Assembly (NCBI GenBank): GCA_026387835.1
Contig: JAPLKZ010000005.1
Span: forward strand, 249,596-281,595
Source: Candidatus Saganbacteria bacterium
GTDB taxonomy: Bacteria; Margulisbacteria; WOR-1; JAKLHX01
DNA length: 32,000 nucleotides
Direction: 5' to 3'
Position numbers and translations under genes: made by a program. The notes below the pieces were generated by a model. The model did no database searches and was not told the origin of the DNA. It worked only from the letters and a program-made list of their open reading frames with translations. Below are positions 1 through 7,360 of this stretch, one piece after another (position 1 is the stretch's first letter; each line of letters begins with the position of its first letter).

Positions 1-163
1 GGTACACACAGAGTGATCCTCCGACGCGTTCATTTTTAAAAATATAATGTACAAGAATCTCTTTTATATCTACGATATTAATATGATTGATATAATGTGA
101 TAATTAAGATAAAGGAACGGTATCGGCTTATTCATTCAAAATCGCCCATAAAAGGCTTAAAAA

Positions 164-1087
164 ATGGTTGATATCAAAAAGATCATTGTTGGTGCAGAAG
201 GACCCTGCAGCTCATGGATGCAGGGCTTTGACCCCAGTGACCGTAAAACCGGAAATACTATGTCTAAACTAATTAAAAAATATAATGACAAACACACGGA
301 CAGTAAGCTAGGGTTATCATTCACCAGAGACAATGCGACTGCCAGGTTCACGATCAGTAATTCGCGTTCAGTCACAAAAGGAACAATGAACGACTTGTTT
401 TCTTGCGAGGATTATTTTTTTTCATATCCAAAGATAGACGAAGAACGCGATCATAACGGAAACCTGCAAGGGTCCCTTGTTTTCAGCAACCCGAATAAAG
501 ATCAGAGAACCGGCAAGAGAATAATAAACGGGCAGGTCACTACAAAACTTATAGAGAGCTCTCCTGATTCGAAGACAGCCAAGGAAATTCCTGTAGGCGC
601 ATGTTTTCTGGCTGAGTATAATAAAGAAACTACCGCTCTCCAGACAAGGTTCCTAGAAACATGCATAGCAGTGACTTTTTACGAACCGGGTACAAAAACC
701 GGGGTCCTCGCGCATTTCGACAGCCAGGAAAAAGCCAAAGAACTAAAAAATGTGATTAATACCCTTAAAAATAAAGGGATCGATCTTTCAAAAGTACAGG
801 TCAGCATCATCGGAGGGGACGGGTCCGATCCATCTAACAGGACATTTATCGAGATCAGCAAGATCCTGGACGATGAAATGGTCCCGATCACCGAGACTAA
901 TATCGGGTTCCACGCCAGCCGGCCGTTCAATATAAATCTTGATCTGTCAAACGGGAAAATAACCAGCTATAAAGAAACGATCCAATATAAAAACGATCCA
1001 TCTTACAATGAGAATTTCTTTAAAAAATTCGGGGATTTCACCGAAAGGAACAATTTGGTGATAATCGATGAACTGCCTGACATTTAG
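164..1087 (+). CDS. Hypothetical protein with a C-terminal CheD-like (Cys/His deamidase fold) domain
   Basis: 307-aa ORF. The segment TCIAVTFYEPGTKTGVLAHFDS ... VQVSIIGGDG fits the CheD pattern: a Cys, a His 17 residues later, and a downstream GG motif. The N-terminal ~160 aa are unrecognised. The start is uncertain, with an alternative Met at 260. Confidence 0.5.
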   Translation: MVDIKKIIVGAEGPCSSWMQGFDPSDRKTGNTMSKLIKKYNDKHTDSKLGLSFTRDNATARFTISNSRSVTKGTMNDLFSCEDYFFSYPKIDEERDHNGNLQGSLVFSNPNKDQRTGKRIINGQVTTKLIESSPDSKTAKEIPVGACFLAEYNKETTALQTRFLETCIAVTFYEPGTKTGVLAHFDSQEKAKELKNVINTLKNKGIDLSKVQVSIIGGDGSDPSNRTFIEISKILDDEMVPITETNIGFHASRPFNINLDLSNGKITSYKETIQYKNDPSYNENFFKKFGDFTERNNLVIIDELPDI

Positions 1088-1164
1088 GCGCCTGGTCGTA
1101 CTATTAAATATATTTTGACAACCTGAACCCCTTCAATGCCTAAGTAAAACCCTCCAGAACAATA

Positions 1165-1193
1165 TTCACAACAGCTTCTTTGCAGTATATAAT
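1165..1193 (+). promoter_or_regulatory. Sigma70-like promoter upstream of tRNA-Ser(CGA)
   Basis: ttcaca (1165-1170), a 17-nt spacer, then tataat (1188-1193), about 55 nt before the tRNA. Confidence 0.4.
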
Positions 1194-1247
1194 GGTAAGC
1201 GGAGGAGTGGCCCCCGATAGGGAATCGGGGCAGGCGAGTGGTTTAAT

Positions 1248-1335
1248 GGAGGGATGGCCGAGTGGTTGATGGCGGCGGTCTCGAAAACCGTTTCCCGATC
1301 TAATCGGGACGCAGGTTCGAATCCTGCTCCCTCCG
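1248..1335 (+). tRNA. tRNA-Ser (anticodon CGA)
   Basis: Hand-folded cloverleaf. Acceptor GGAGGGA/TCCCTCC, anticodon loop CTCGAAA, long variable arm TTCCCGATCTAATCGGGAC, T-arm GCAGG-TTCGAAT-CCTGC, discriminator G. Confidence 0.9.
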
Positions 1336-1356
1336 ATTTTTTATGGGAGGTCATTT

Positions 1357-1839
1357 ATGAAAGTATTGGTAGCCTATTATTCGAGGGATGGTGCGACAAG
1401 GAAAGCGGCGGAAAGCATCGCGGGCATATTGAAATGCGATATCGAGGAGATAATCGACACCAGGAACAGGAAGGGCCTGTGGGGTTTCATGACCGGCGGT
1501 TTTGACGCGCAGTTCAAAAAACTGACAGTCATACAAGAGATGAAAAAAGATGCTTCGGCTTATGACCTGGTCGTGATCGGGACACCTATATGGTCTTCGA
1601 AAATGGTCCCGGCAATAAGGACGTATATCATCCAGAACGTAAAAAAAATGAAAAACATAGCAATATTCTGCTGCTTCGGAGGATACGGAGATAAAAAAAC
1701 TTTCAATGATATAGAAACACTGTGCGAGAAACGCGCGGCGTCAAAAGCATCGTTCAAGAGAAATGAAGTGAAGACCGGCGAGTTCATCCAGAAGGCAAAA
1801 GAATTTGCGGGCGAGATACAGAACAGGGAGGCGATCTAA
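1357..1839 (+). CDS. Flavodoxin-like fold protein
   Basis: 160-aa ORF. It has the N-terminal MKVLVAYYSRDGATRKAAE motif and DLVVIGTPIW, both typical of flavodoxin-family proteins. Confidence 0.75.
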   Translation: MKVLVAYYSRDGATRKAAESIAGILKCDIEEIIDTRNRKGLWGFMTGGFDAQFKKLTVIQEMKKDASAYDLVVIGTPIWSSKMVPAIRTYIIQNVKKMKNIAIFCCFGGYGDKKTFNDIETLCEKRAASKASFKRNEVKTGEFIQKAKEFAGEIQNREAI

Positions 1840-2010
1840 ATGAACAAGTTCACGATGATGAAGGCCGGCGGTCTTTTAACACTGGTATTGCTCGCATGCA
1901 CGGCAATTATAGGATATCTCCATCTTGGAATTAAGCTGCATGTGATCTTTGCTATGCTGACACTGGTAGCTGCTTTATCGCACGTGTTTATTGTTATAAA
2001 GAAGGCTTGA
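1840..2010 (+). CDS. Small hydrophobic protein (56 aa), possibly translationally coupled to the flavodoxin-like gene
   Basis: The ATG directly follows the upstream TAA (taaATG). The ORF reads MNKFTMMKAGGLLTLVLLACTAIIGYLHLGIKLHVIFAMLTLVAALSHVFIVIKKA, which gives two predicted TM helices. It is below the ORF-track length cutoff. Confidence 0.4.
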   Translation: MNKFTMMKAGGLLTLVLLACTAIIGYLHLGIKLHVIFAMLTLVAALSHVFIVIKKA

Positions 2011-2078
2011 GTTTGAGTGTGAGTTTTGAGTGTTGAGTTTTTTACTCAAGACTAATTACTCAAACTTAGTACTTAAAT

Positions 2079-2165
2079 GGAGGGGTGGCCGAGTGGTTGA
2101 AGGCGCTCGCCTGGAAAGCGTGTTTACGTGAAAGCGTAACGTGGGTTCGAATCCCACCTCCTCCG
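2079..2165 (+). tRNA. tRNA-Ser (anticodon GGA)
   Basis: Hand-folded. Acceptor GGAGGGG/CTCCTCC (one G:U pair), anticodon loop CTGGAAA, long variable arm, T-arm GTGGG-TTCGAAT-CCCAC. There is one T:T mismatch in the anticodon stem. Confidence 0.85.
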
Positions 2166-3602
2166 ATGATTGAGATATTGAGCGTTTTTAAAAAGCGGCC
2201 GCCAGCCGATCCTAGAATCAAATTGTAATTTTTTGCCTTTCAAAATAAAGTTCGAGCCGATATTTTTTAGGAATGTAAGGATTTCTTCATAATTATTTGT
2301 GGCGATAAGATTTTTGGCTTGGCATCCGGATAAAATAATCTCTTTCATCGGTTCGAGCCAATTATTTCCCTTTTGTTCAAAATCCTTTATCTTTTGTTGT
2401 ATGTCCAGCTTTTCGTTTAATAGGGCATTCTTTTTTACCTGATATGTTTCCGGGTCTATGCCTTCCCCCTCTATGAACAGATCAAGCAGTTTATCCATTT
2501 TTACTGCAATATCAGATTTCTTTTGTTGCAGATTTTGAACAAAAGATTTTGTTTCTGCTTGAGCAAGCTCTTTTTCGTTATTGAGGTCTATCAGCATTTT
2601 CTTCACCCAGTCATCAGGGATTATCGTTTTGCTGATAGCATCTTTCATCTGATCGATTATGGATTCCTGGCGCGTATATTTCTCATCACACTTTTGCTTT
2701 TTCTTAGTGCAGCGATAATAGATATGGCCTTTTTGCTTTTCGGCGGTTATCATACAACCACAATTGCCGCATCGCATCAGTCCAGAAAAAGCAAATTCAT
2801 GTTTTCGTTTGCGCTTTTTCTTGCCTCTATTGGCCATTACTTGTTGAGCTTGCTCATATAGAGATTTGGAAATAATTGGCTCGTGAGTTCCTTCGTGCAT
2901 TTCTCCGTTATATCGGAATACTCCATAATAAAAAGGACTTTTTAACATGTGCTGGACACGGGCAGGAACGAGGATATATCCACGATAGCTTTTCATCCCG
3001 GCTCTTTCAAGGAATTGCTTTATTGAAAGCAATGTATAGTCACCGGTTGCATACAGCTCAAATGCCTTTCGTATTAGCGGAGCTTTTTCAGTATCAACTT
3101 CAATTCCTTTTGTCTTGTAATTGTTTAGATACCCCAATGGAGCAAATGCAGGCCAAATACCGTTACGCACTTTCTGCCGATGTCCTCGTTTTACATTCTC
3201 GCTTAGATTATCTATGTAATACTTGCTTTGGCCAAAGGCGATATTTAACATGAATTTTCCTTGAGGTGTAGAATCAAACCAGAAGGTCGGGAACTTGAGA
3301 TCTTTCAGCCTGCCCGTGTCCAGCAAGTAAATAATTTTGCCTCCATCTATTGAATTGCGTGCTAATCTGTCCGGATGCCAAGCCAAAACGCCACAAGCTT
3401 CACCTTTTTCAATCCGATCAAGCATTTCATTGAATATTTCTCTGCCGGGTTCTTTGGCAGTTTTTGCCTCGCAGAGCGAGGCGACGATTTCAAGTTTTTC
3501 TTTGGCGGCAAATTCTTTTAGCTCAACCAATTGTGCCTCAATGGATAATATCTGTCTTTCTTCCGAATCAGTTGATTTCCGGGCATAAAGGAAATACTTC
3601 AT
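2124..3602 (-). CDS. Large serine recombinase (resolvase/invertase catalytic domain + recombinase domain + zinc ribbon + coiled coil)
   Basis: N-terminus MKYFLYARKSTDSEERQ carries the catalytic Ser motif. DRLARN follows, then RCGNCGCMITAEKQKGHIYYRC (zinc ribbon). The ATG at 3602 is preceded by aaaggaggaggg, so the TTG at 3620 in the ORF track is likely spurious. The last 13 codons are antisense to tRNA-Ser(GGA). Confidence 0.9.
   Translation of the reverse strand: MKYFLYARKSTDSEERQILSIEAQLVELKEFAAKEKLEIVASLCEAKTAKEPGREIFNEMLDRIEKGEACGVLAWHPDRLARNSIDGGKIIYLLDTGRLKDLKFPTFWFDSTPQGKFMLNIAFGQSKYYIDNLSENVKRGHRQKVRNGIWPAFAPLGYLNNYKTKGIEVDTEKAPLIRKAFELYATGDYTLLSIKQFLERAGMKSYRGYILVPARVQHMLKSPFYYGVFRYNGEMHEGTHEPIISKSLYEQAQQVMANRGKKKRKRKHEFAFSGLMRCGNCGCMITAEKQKGHIYYRCTKKKQKCDEKYTRQESIIDQMKDAISKTIIPDDWVKKMLIDLNNEKELAQAETKSFVQNLQQKKSDIAVKMDKLLDLFIEGEGIDPETYQVKKNALLNEKLDIQQKIKDFEQKGNNWLEPMKEIILSGCQAKNLIATNNYEEILTFLKNIGSNFILKGKKLQFDSRIGWRPLFKNAQYLNHRRRWDSNPRYAFT
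2163..2239. repeat. IR-A left copy (imperfect inverted repeat flanking the recombinase gene)
   Basis: It is the reverse complement of 3693-3762. Identical blocks are ccgatgattgagat (14), gtttttaaaaagcggccgccagccgatcc (29), aaattg (6) and aattttttgcctt (13). The left copy has a 7-nt variable patch and a 7-nt indel. Confidence 0.85.
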
Positions 3603-3759
3603 AATCCCTCCTCCTTTCAATATAGATATCGGTCAAAAAGCCCGCTTTTGGCCAGCTTCATTTGGAGTATTTATTGCTCCAAATGGAGCTGTAAGGCAAA
3701 AAATTCCAATTTGGATCGGCTGGCGGCCGCTTTTTAAAAACGGCGGAAATCTCAATCAT
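2166..3759 (-). mobile_element. Putative minimal integrative element carrying only the serine recombinase, inserted at the 3' end of tRNA-Ser(GGA)
   Basis: Terminal inverted arms abut the tRNA discriminator base. Joining the inner arms gives the palindrome atctcaatc-AT-gattgagat. Joining the outer arms gives the quasi-palindrome ctccg-AT-cggga. Confidence 0.5.
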
Positions 3760-3762
3760 CGG
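3693..3762. repeat. IR-A right copy
   Basis: It is the reverse complement of 2163-2239 (see the left copy). It includes an inverted copy of the recombinase 3'-end sequence. Confidence 0.85.
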
Positions 3763-3870
3763 GAACTATATAAAAATATCAGAACCGAGATGACCGCCGA
3801 TCCTTAGGGCGGCGGTTGCCGCCGTCCAACCGCCGCCCCGTTCCCGCTGCTGGGCGACCTTTTCGGATTG
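3759..3870. repeat. IR-B left copy (112-bp inverted repeat)
   Basis: It is the reverse complement of 8433-8544, with 2 mismatches by manual alignment. It is GC-rich and contains an 11-bp-stem hairpin. Confidence 0.9.
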
Positions 3871-3936
3871 AAAAACTGCCAAAGAACCCAAAAATATCGG
3901 CTCAAACTTTATTTTGGCCAAAAGCGGGCTTTTTGA
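3871..3936 (+). pseudogene. Mosaic remnant of a second serine-recombinase locus
   Basis: 3871-3889 is identical to the reverse complement of 3447-3465 (codons KTAKEP). 3890-3916 matches the reverse complement of 2241-2267 at 26/27 (codons KNIGSNFIL). 3916-3936 is identical to the reverse complement of 3633-3653, the region upstream of the recombinase gene. Confidence 0.7.
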
Positions 3937-4014
3937 ATTCCGGATTGTCCCCGACCACCCACCCCTGAATAAATTGATAAATAACGCAATTATTGTTAGT
4001 ATTATATTGAAAGG

Positions 4015-4035
4015 TAGCATATCAATAATATGCTA
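4015..4035. promoter_or_regulatory. Palindromic candidate operator upstream of the HTH gene
   Basis: tagcatat-caata-atatgcta has perfect 8-bp arms and lies 17 nt before the HTH ATG. A possible promoter is ttgata (3975-3980), 17 nt, then tagtat. Confidence 0.4.
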
Positions 4036-4051
4036 TCAATTAAATGATATA

Positions 4052-4258
4052 ATGTCAATAAATAATAATATAGGAAAGAATATCAAACGTTTACGCACAA
4101 AATTAGGCTTCTCGCAAGAGACCTTGGCTGTAAAATCAGATGTAAAATACACGACTCTTACTAAGATTGAGAGTAATGTTATAAAGAAACCCTCAGTATT
4201 GCTAATGGCAAAAATCGCAAATATATTAAATGTTCAAATTGAGGAGCTAATAAAATAA
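4052..4258 (+). CDS. XRE-family helix-turn-helix protein (68 aa; C-protein/controller-like)
   Basis: IGKNIKRLRTKLGFSQETLAVKSDVKYTTLTKIESN is a canonical HTH_3 motif. I chose the internal Met of ORF 3914..4258, because the upstream part of that ORF lies in the recombinase-remnant sequence. Confidence 0.8.
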   Translation: MSINNNIGKNIKRLRTKLGFSQETLAVKSDVKYTTLTKIESNVIKKPSVLLMAKIANILNVQIEELIK

Positions 4259-4262
4259 CCAT

Positions 4263-4958
4263 ATGAAATATGAATTGGAAATTTATAATAGAAATGTGCC
4301 TGATGAGCATCTTCTTGATGATTTAAAAGCAGTTGCTAAGAAATTAGGCAGGTCTTCTGTGACTCATGAGGAATATAATAAAAATGGGAAGTATAATAGT
4401 ACAACTTATATGCGAAGATTTGGTGGTTGGTTTAAATCGTTAGAAATGGCAGGGCTCCAAAAAACAAGAACGCCAGCTAATGTTTCCGAAGATGACTTGT
4501 TTAACAATATTGAAGAGATTTGGATAAAACTCGGCAGACAACCACGATATCAAGAAGTTAGAACCCCATTATCAAAATATTGTGCAGGAACATACGAAAA
4601 CAGATTTGGAACATGGCGGAAGGCACTAGAAGCTTTCATAGATTATATTAATAAGGATCAAGATAAATGTTCAAATGAAATATCTCAAAAAGAGATAAAA
4701 TCCGGAGAGACTTCTAAATCTAATAAACACATAAAGATGACAAAAAGAGAAATATCGGATAGATTGCGTTTCCGGATATTATTAAGAGATGGTTTTACGT
4801 GCAGAAAATGTGGCCGCAGTCCGCTGAAGAATCCAGGAATCGAATTGCATGTTGATCATATCCTTCCTTGGTCCAAAGGTGGCGAGACAACGATTGAGAA
4901 TCTCGAGACGAAATGCGAAAAATGCAATCTGGGTAAAGGGAATGCATTTGATGTTTGA
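4263..4958 (+). CDS. HNH endonuclease with two N-terminal homing-endonuclease-associated repeats
   Basis: C-terminus HVDHILPWSKGGETTIENLETKCEKCNLGKGN is an HNH motif. Two repeats of the type L..LGR.....EY........STY.RRFG.W..AL occupy the N-terminal half. The start is 4 nt after the HTH stop. Confidence 0.85.
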   Translation: MKYELEIYNRNVPDEHLLDDLKAVAKKLGRSSVTHEEYNKNGKYNSTTYMRRFGGWFKSLEMAGLQKTRTPANVSEDDLFNNIEEIWIKLGRQPRYQEVRTPLSKYCAGTYENRFGTWRKALEAFIDYINKDQDKCSNEISQKEIKSGETSKSNKHIKMTKREISDRLRFRILLRDGFTCRKCGRSPLKNPGIELHVDHILPWSKGGETTIENLETKCEKCNLGKGNAFDV

Positions 4959-5012
4959 TTCTTATATAGAAATGGGTAATGTCTTAGAGCAGTTAATAAG
5001 GATTGTAATAAC

Positions 5013-5924
5013 ATGGCAAATATAACATGCAAAGCGAATAATCTAAGCGGGAAAAGATGCAAAAGGAATCCTCTGAAATCTGGGTTTTGTCCAACTCATG
5101 ACCCGGAAATATTAAATAAAAAAGAAGAACAGAAGAAGGCTGATGAAAAAAAGCGACAAAAAATAGATGAATTATTATCTATTGTCACAAAAACATGTAA
5201 GGCAAATGGTTGGGGCTGGGAAGTTGATGCATTTGATGATAATGATTTTTCTTCAGCCATTGTTAATGTTCATAAATATGTTTCAGGTCAAGACATTTCA
5301 GCATTGTTTCACATTAATATATCAAAAGACAATATTCAGTATAGGATTGAGAAAACATCATTTTACGGATACGGCGTTGAGGCATTAATGAGTTCAATAT
5401 CAAGTGCATTTGAAAGAAAAGGATTTGTTAGTCCAAAATCACTAGGAGGTGAACCAAATAAAAAGAATTCCTTATTAGATGTTTTGCCGATAATATTTGA
5501 ACGATTTCATGTTGTGGCAACGCAGCTGTCAAATCGTTATAATAAGAGACCTACATTGACAATTTCTGATGAATATGACGTACAGGATCTTTTACATGCT
5601 CTCCTTCGAGTTCATTTTACCGATGTTAGGCCAGAGGAGTATACTCCCAGTTATGCGGGATCATCTTCAAGAATAGATTTCCTTCTCAAAGATGAGAAGA
5701 CGCTTCTTGAGGTTAAATATGCAACAACTTCCTTAAAGGACAAAGCGATTGGAGAACAGTTAATAATAGATGTTGAGAAGTATAAAAGACACACCGATTG
5801 TGAAAACTTGTTTTGTTTCATATATAATCCAGGTTTTTCTATTAAGAATCCAAGCGGGCTAGAAAAAGATTTGTCAGGAAAAAATGGTAATATTAATGTT
5901 AAAGTATTCGTTTACCCAAAATAA
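5013..5924 (+). CDS. Predicted PD-(D/E)xK-like nuclease with an N-terminal Cys/His knuckle
   Basis: DEYDVQDLLHALL...RPEEYTPSYAGSSSRIDFLLKDEKTLLEVKY shows a D...E-x-K arrangement. The N-terminus is CKANNLSGKRCKRNPLKSGFCPTH. The family assignment is from memory of similar proteins and has not been searched. Confidence 0.5.
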   Translation: MANITCKANNLSGKRCKRNPLKSGFCPTHDPEILNKKEEQKKADEKKRQKIDELLSIVTKTCKANGWGWEVDAFDDNDFSSAIVNVHKYVSGQDISALFHINISKDNIQYRIEKTSFYGYGVEALMSSISSAFERKGFVSPKSLGGEPNKKNSLLDVLPIIFERFHVVATQLSNRYNKRPTLTISDEYDVQDLLHALLRVHFTDVRPEEYTPSYAGSSSRIDFLLKDEKTLLEVKYATTSLKDKAIGEQLIIDVEKYKRHTDCENLFCFIYNPGFSIKNPSGLEKDLSGKNGNINVKVFVYPK

Positions 5925-5932
5925 AATAGAAA

Positions 5933-5989
5933 CTAAAAGAATTTGCCGCCAAAGCTCTTGGCGTTTCAATAGAGGAGTTAATGAAATAG
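5933..5989 (+). repeat. Cassette-junction direct repeat C1 (recombinase-gene segment + HTH 3' tail remnant)
   Basis: 5933-5954 is identical to the reverse complement of 3500-3521. In frame it reads KLKEFAAKALGVSIEELMK followed by a stop, 1 nt before the ATG at 5991. Confidence 0.8.
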
Positions 5990-5990
5990 C

Positions 5991-6821
5991 ATGAAAAATA
6001 AAACACTCGCAATTTTCGGTATAGGAACGTATATCTTATCTGTCTTGTTGTCTGCTACAGATTCGGGAGGCAATTCTGTTGCGCCAATTACATTAATCTC
6101 AATATCGGGAATAGCAACCGCGGTATTTATCATTATGGCGATAGTCCGCCTCTGGAAGGAAGAAAAAGGCGCATCAATAACACTTGCATCTTCGGCTATT
6201 ATTCTTTTTATATTGTCAGTAGTTCAGGGTTTTGCCTCACCTTCGTACGGAAGTCCACTCATCATTATGTTAAACATAACCAAAGTATTTTATTTCATCG
6301 CATTTATTTGGACGATAATAGTACTTTATAGAAGTAAAGTAATTAATTCGCACATGATTACCAAAATAGATAATTATCACTTAAACCAACCCGTAAATGA
6401 AGCGCCGGATTTGAAGGAATACACAGCCGAAGAATATCAAATGTTTGAGATGGCTGGATATAAAAGGATATCTGAAAATGAAAAAATCTTTAGAGGCGGA
6501 ATTGTTAAATTCGCTTATATTCCGTGGGGCGAAACAACTATCGGAACTATAGATAATAAAATCTACAAAATATCGTTACAATTAATCACCCAAAACGAGA
6601 TCTTAGCAAAAGAAGTGTTTAAAACCACCCTCAATTACTTAATAGAACAAATGGACAAATATAGTGAACATCCATTTCTATCTAATAAATATATTTGGGA
6701 TGCACCTGAGGGGAATATCATTTATGAGCAAATAAATAGATTTAATCAGCATTGCATAAACATTTTTATTACTTCAAGCTCTATAAGAGATCAAGTGAAG
6801 AATTATATTTCAAAACACTAG
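5991..6821 (+). CDS. Hypothetical membrane protein (N-terminal multi-TM region + soluble C-terminal domain)
   Basis: 276-aa ORF. The first ~115 aa contain about 4 hydrophobic helices. No motif was recognised. Confidence 0.55.
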   Translation: MKNKTLAIFGIGTYILSVLLSATDSGGNSVAPITLISISGIATAVFIIMAIVRLWKEEKGASITLASSAIILFILSVVQGFASPSYGSPLIIMLNITKVFYFIAFIWTIIVLYRSKVINSHMITKIDNYHLNQPVNEAPDLKEYTAEEYQMFEMAGYKRISENEKIFRGGIVKFAYIPWGETTIGTIDNKIYKISLQLITQNEILAKEVFKTTLNYLIEQMDKYSEHPFLSNKYIWDAPEGNIIYEQINRFNQHCINIFITSSSIRDQVKNYISKH

Positions 6822-6832
6822 GGGGAAAATAT

Positions 6833-7360
6833 ATGATTATTAAAGTTATTGTTGAAATCATTTTAGGATTTATTTTGTTGGGAGTTAGTTCTGCTTTTTG
6901 GAATTGTGTTAAATCTCCGAAATTCTTAGCGAATGTGCTGGGTGATTATGACGAATTAAAAAGGTTTTTCCATCATCTAGGGAAAGAAAATATTAAACAC
7001 GAAAGTGAAGTTGTTGATCCGAAAATTGGATTTTCGGCAAATATCGTTTTATGGATTAAAGCGAGCCTATCGGCGCTGGACAAAACACGCAACATGTTGC
7101 TGGTTGTAATAATAGGAATCTTTATCGGAAGTTATTTTCTAGGAAATATTTTCCTCTTAATCAATGCTGTTTTATTCTTTATAATGGCTTTCCCAAGCAT
7201 TTCTGCTGCTGCTAAAAATAATATAATTACTGATATTCATACGATAATGCTTAATGTCTACAAATGGAACAAAGTAAATCATGCTGAATGTGAGAGGTTT
7301 TGTAACTTAGAGCAGCCAAGGATTATGAAAAATATTTATAGAGTAGTAACTGAAGAATAA
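6833..7360 (+). CDS. Hypothetical membrane protein
   Basis: I chose the internal ATG at 6833, which is preceded by ggggga. The track start at 6752 overlaps the previous gene. Hydrophobic helices occur at the N-terminus and mid-protein. Confidence 0.5.
   Translation: MIIKVIVEIILGFILLGVSSAFWNCVKSPKFLANVLGDYDELKRFFHHLGKENIKHESEVVDPKIGFSANIVLWIKASLSALDKTRNMLLVVIIGIFIGSYFLGNIFLLINAVLFFIMAFPSISAAAKNNIITDIHTIMLNVYKWNKVNHAECERFCNLEQPRIMKNIYRVVTEE

Noticed and set aside
1-33. A possible 5' end of a minus-strand gene (atgaacgcgtcggaggatcac.. reading out of the window)
   Set aside because: Only 11 codons are visible and there is no clear RBS. It cannot be supported from this window.
1166-1505. ORFs 1166..1354 (-) and 1254..1505 (+) overlapping tRNA-Ser(CGA)
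   Set aside because: Their sequences are read straight through, or antisense to, a well-folded tRNA. The second ORF also overlaps the flavodoxin-like gene out of frame.
3603-3620. N-terminal extension of the recombinase ORF (MKGGGI, TTG start at 3620)
   Set aside because: The extension is the translation of the Shine-Dalgarno sequence aaaggaggaggg. The ATG at 3602, 6 nt downstream, gives the canonical MKYFLYARKST serine-recombinase N-terminus.
3766-4020. 84-aa ORF on the minus strand across IR-B and the recombinase remnants
   Set aside because: It is composed of the inverted-repeat sequence plus mosaic gene scraps. The same reading frame appears in the right copy only because of the repeat. 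It has no RBS or start context.
6752-6832. The long form of ORF 6752..7360, overlapping the end of the previous gene
   Set aside because: The upstream 27 codons overlap 5991..6821 out of frame and are not hydrophobic. The ATG at 6833 has a ggggga RBS and begins the TM helix.
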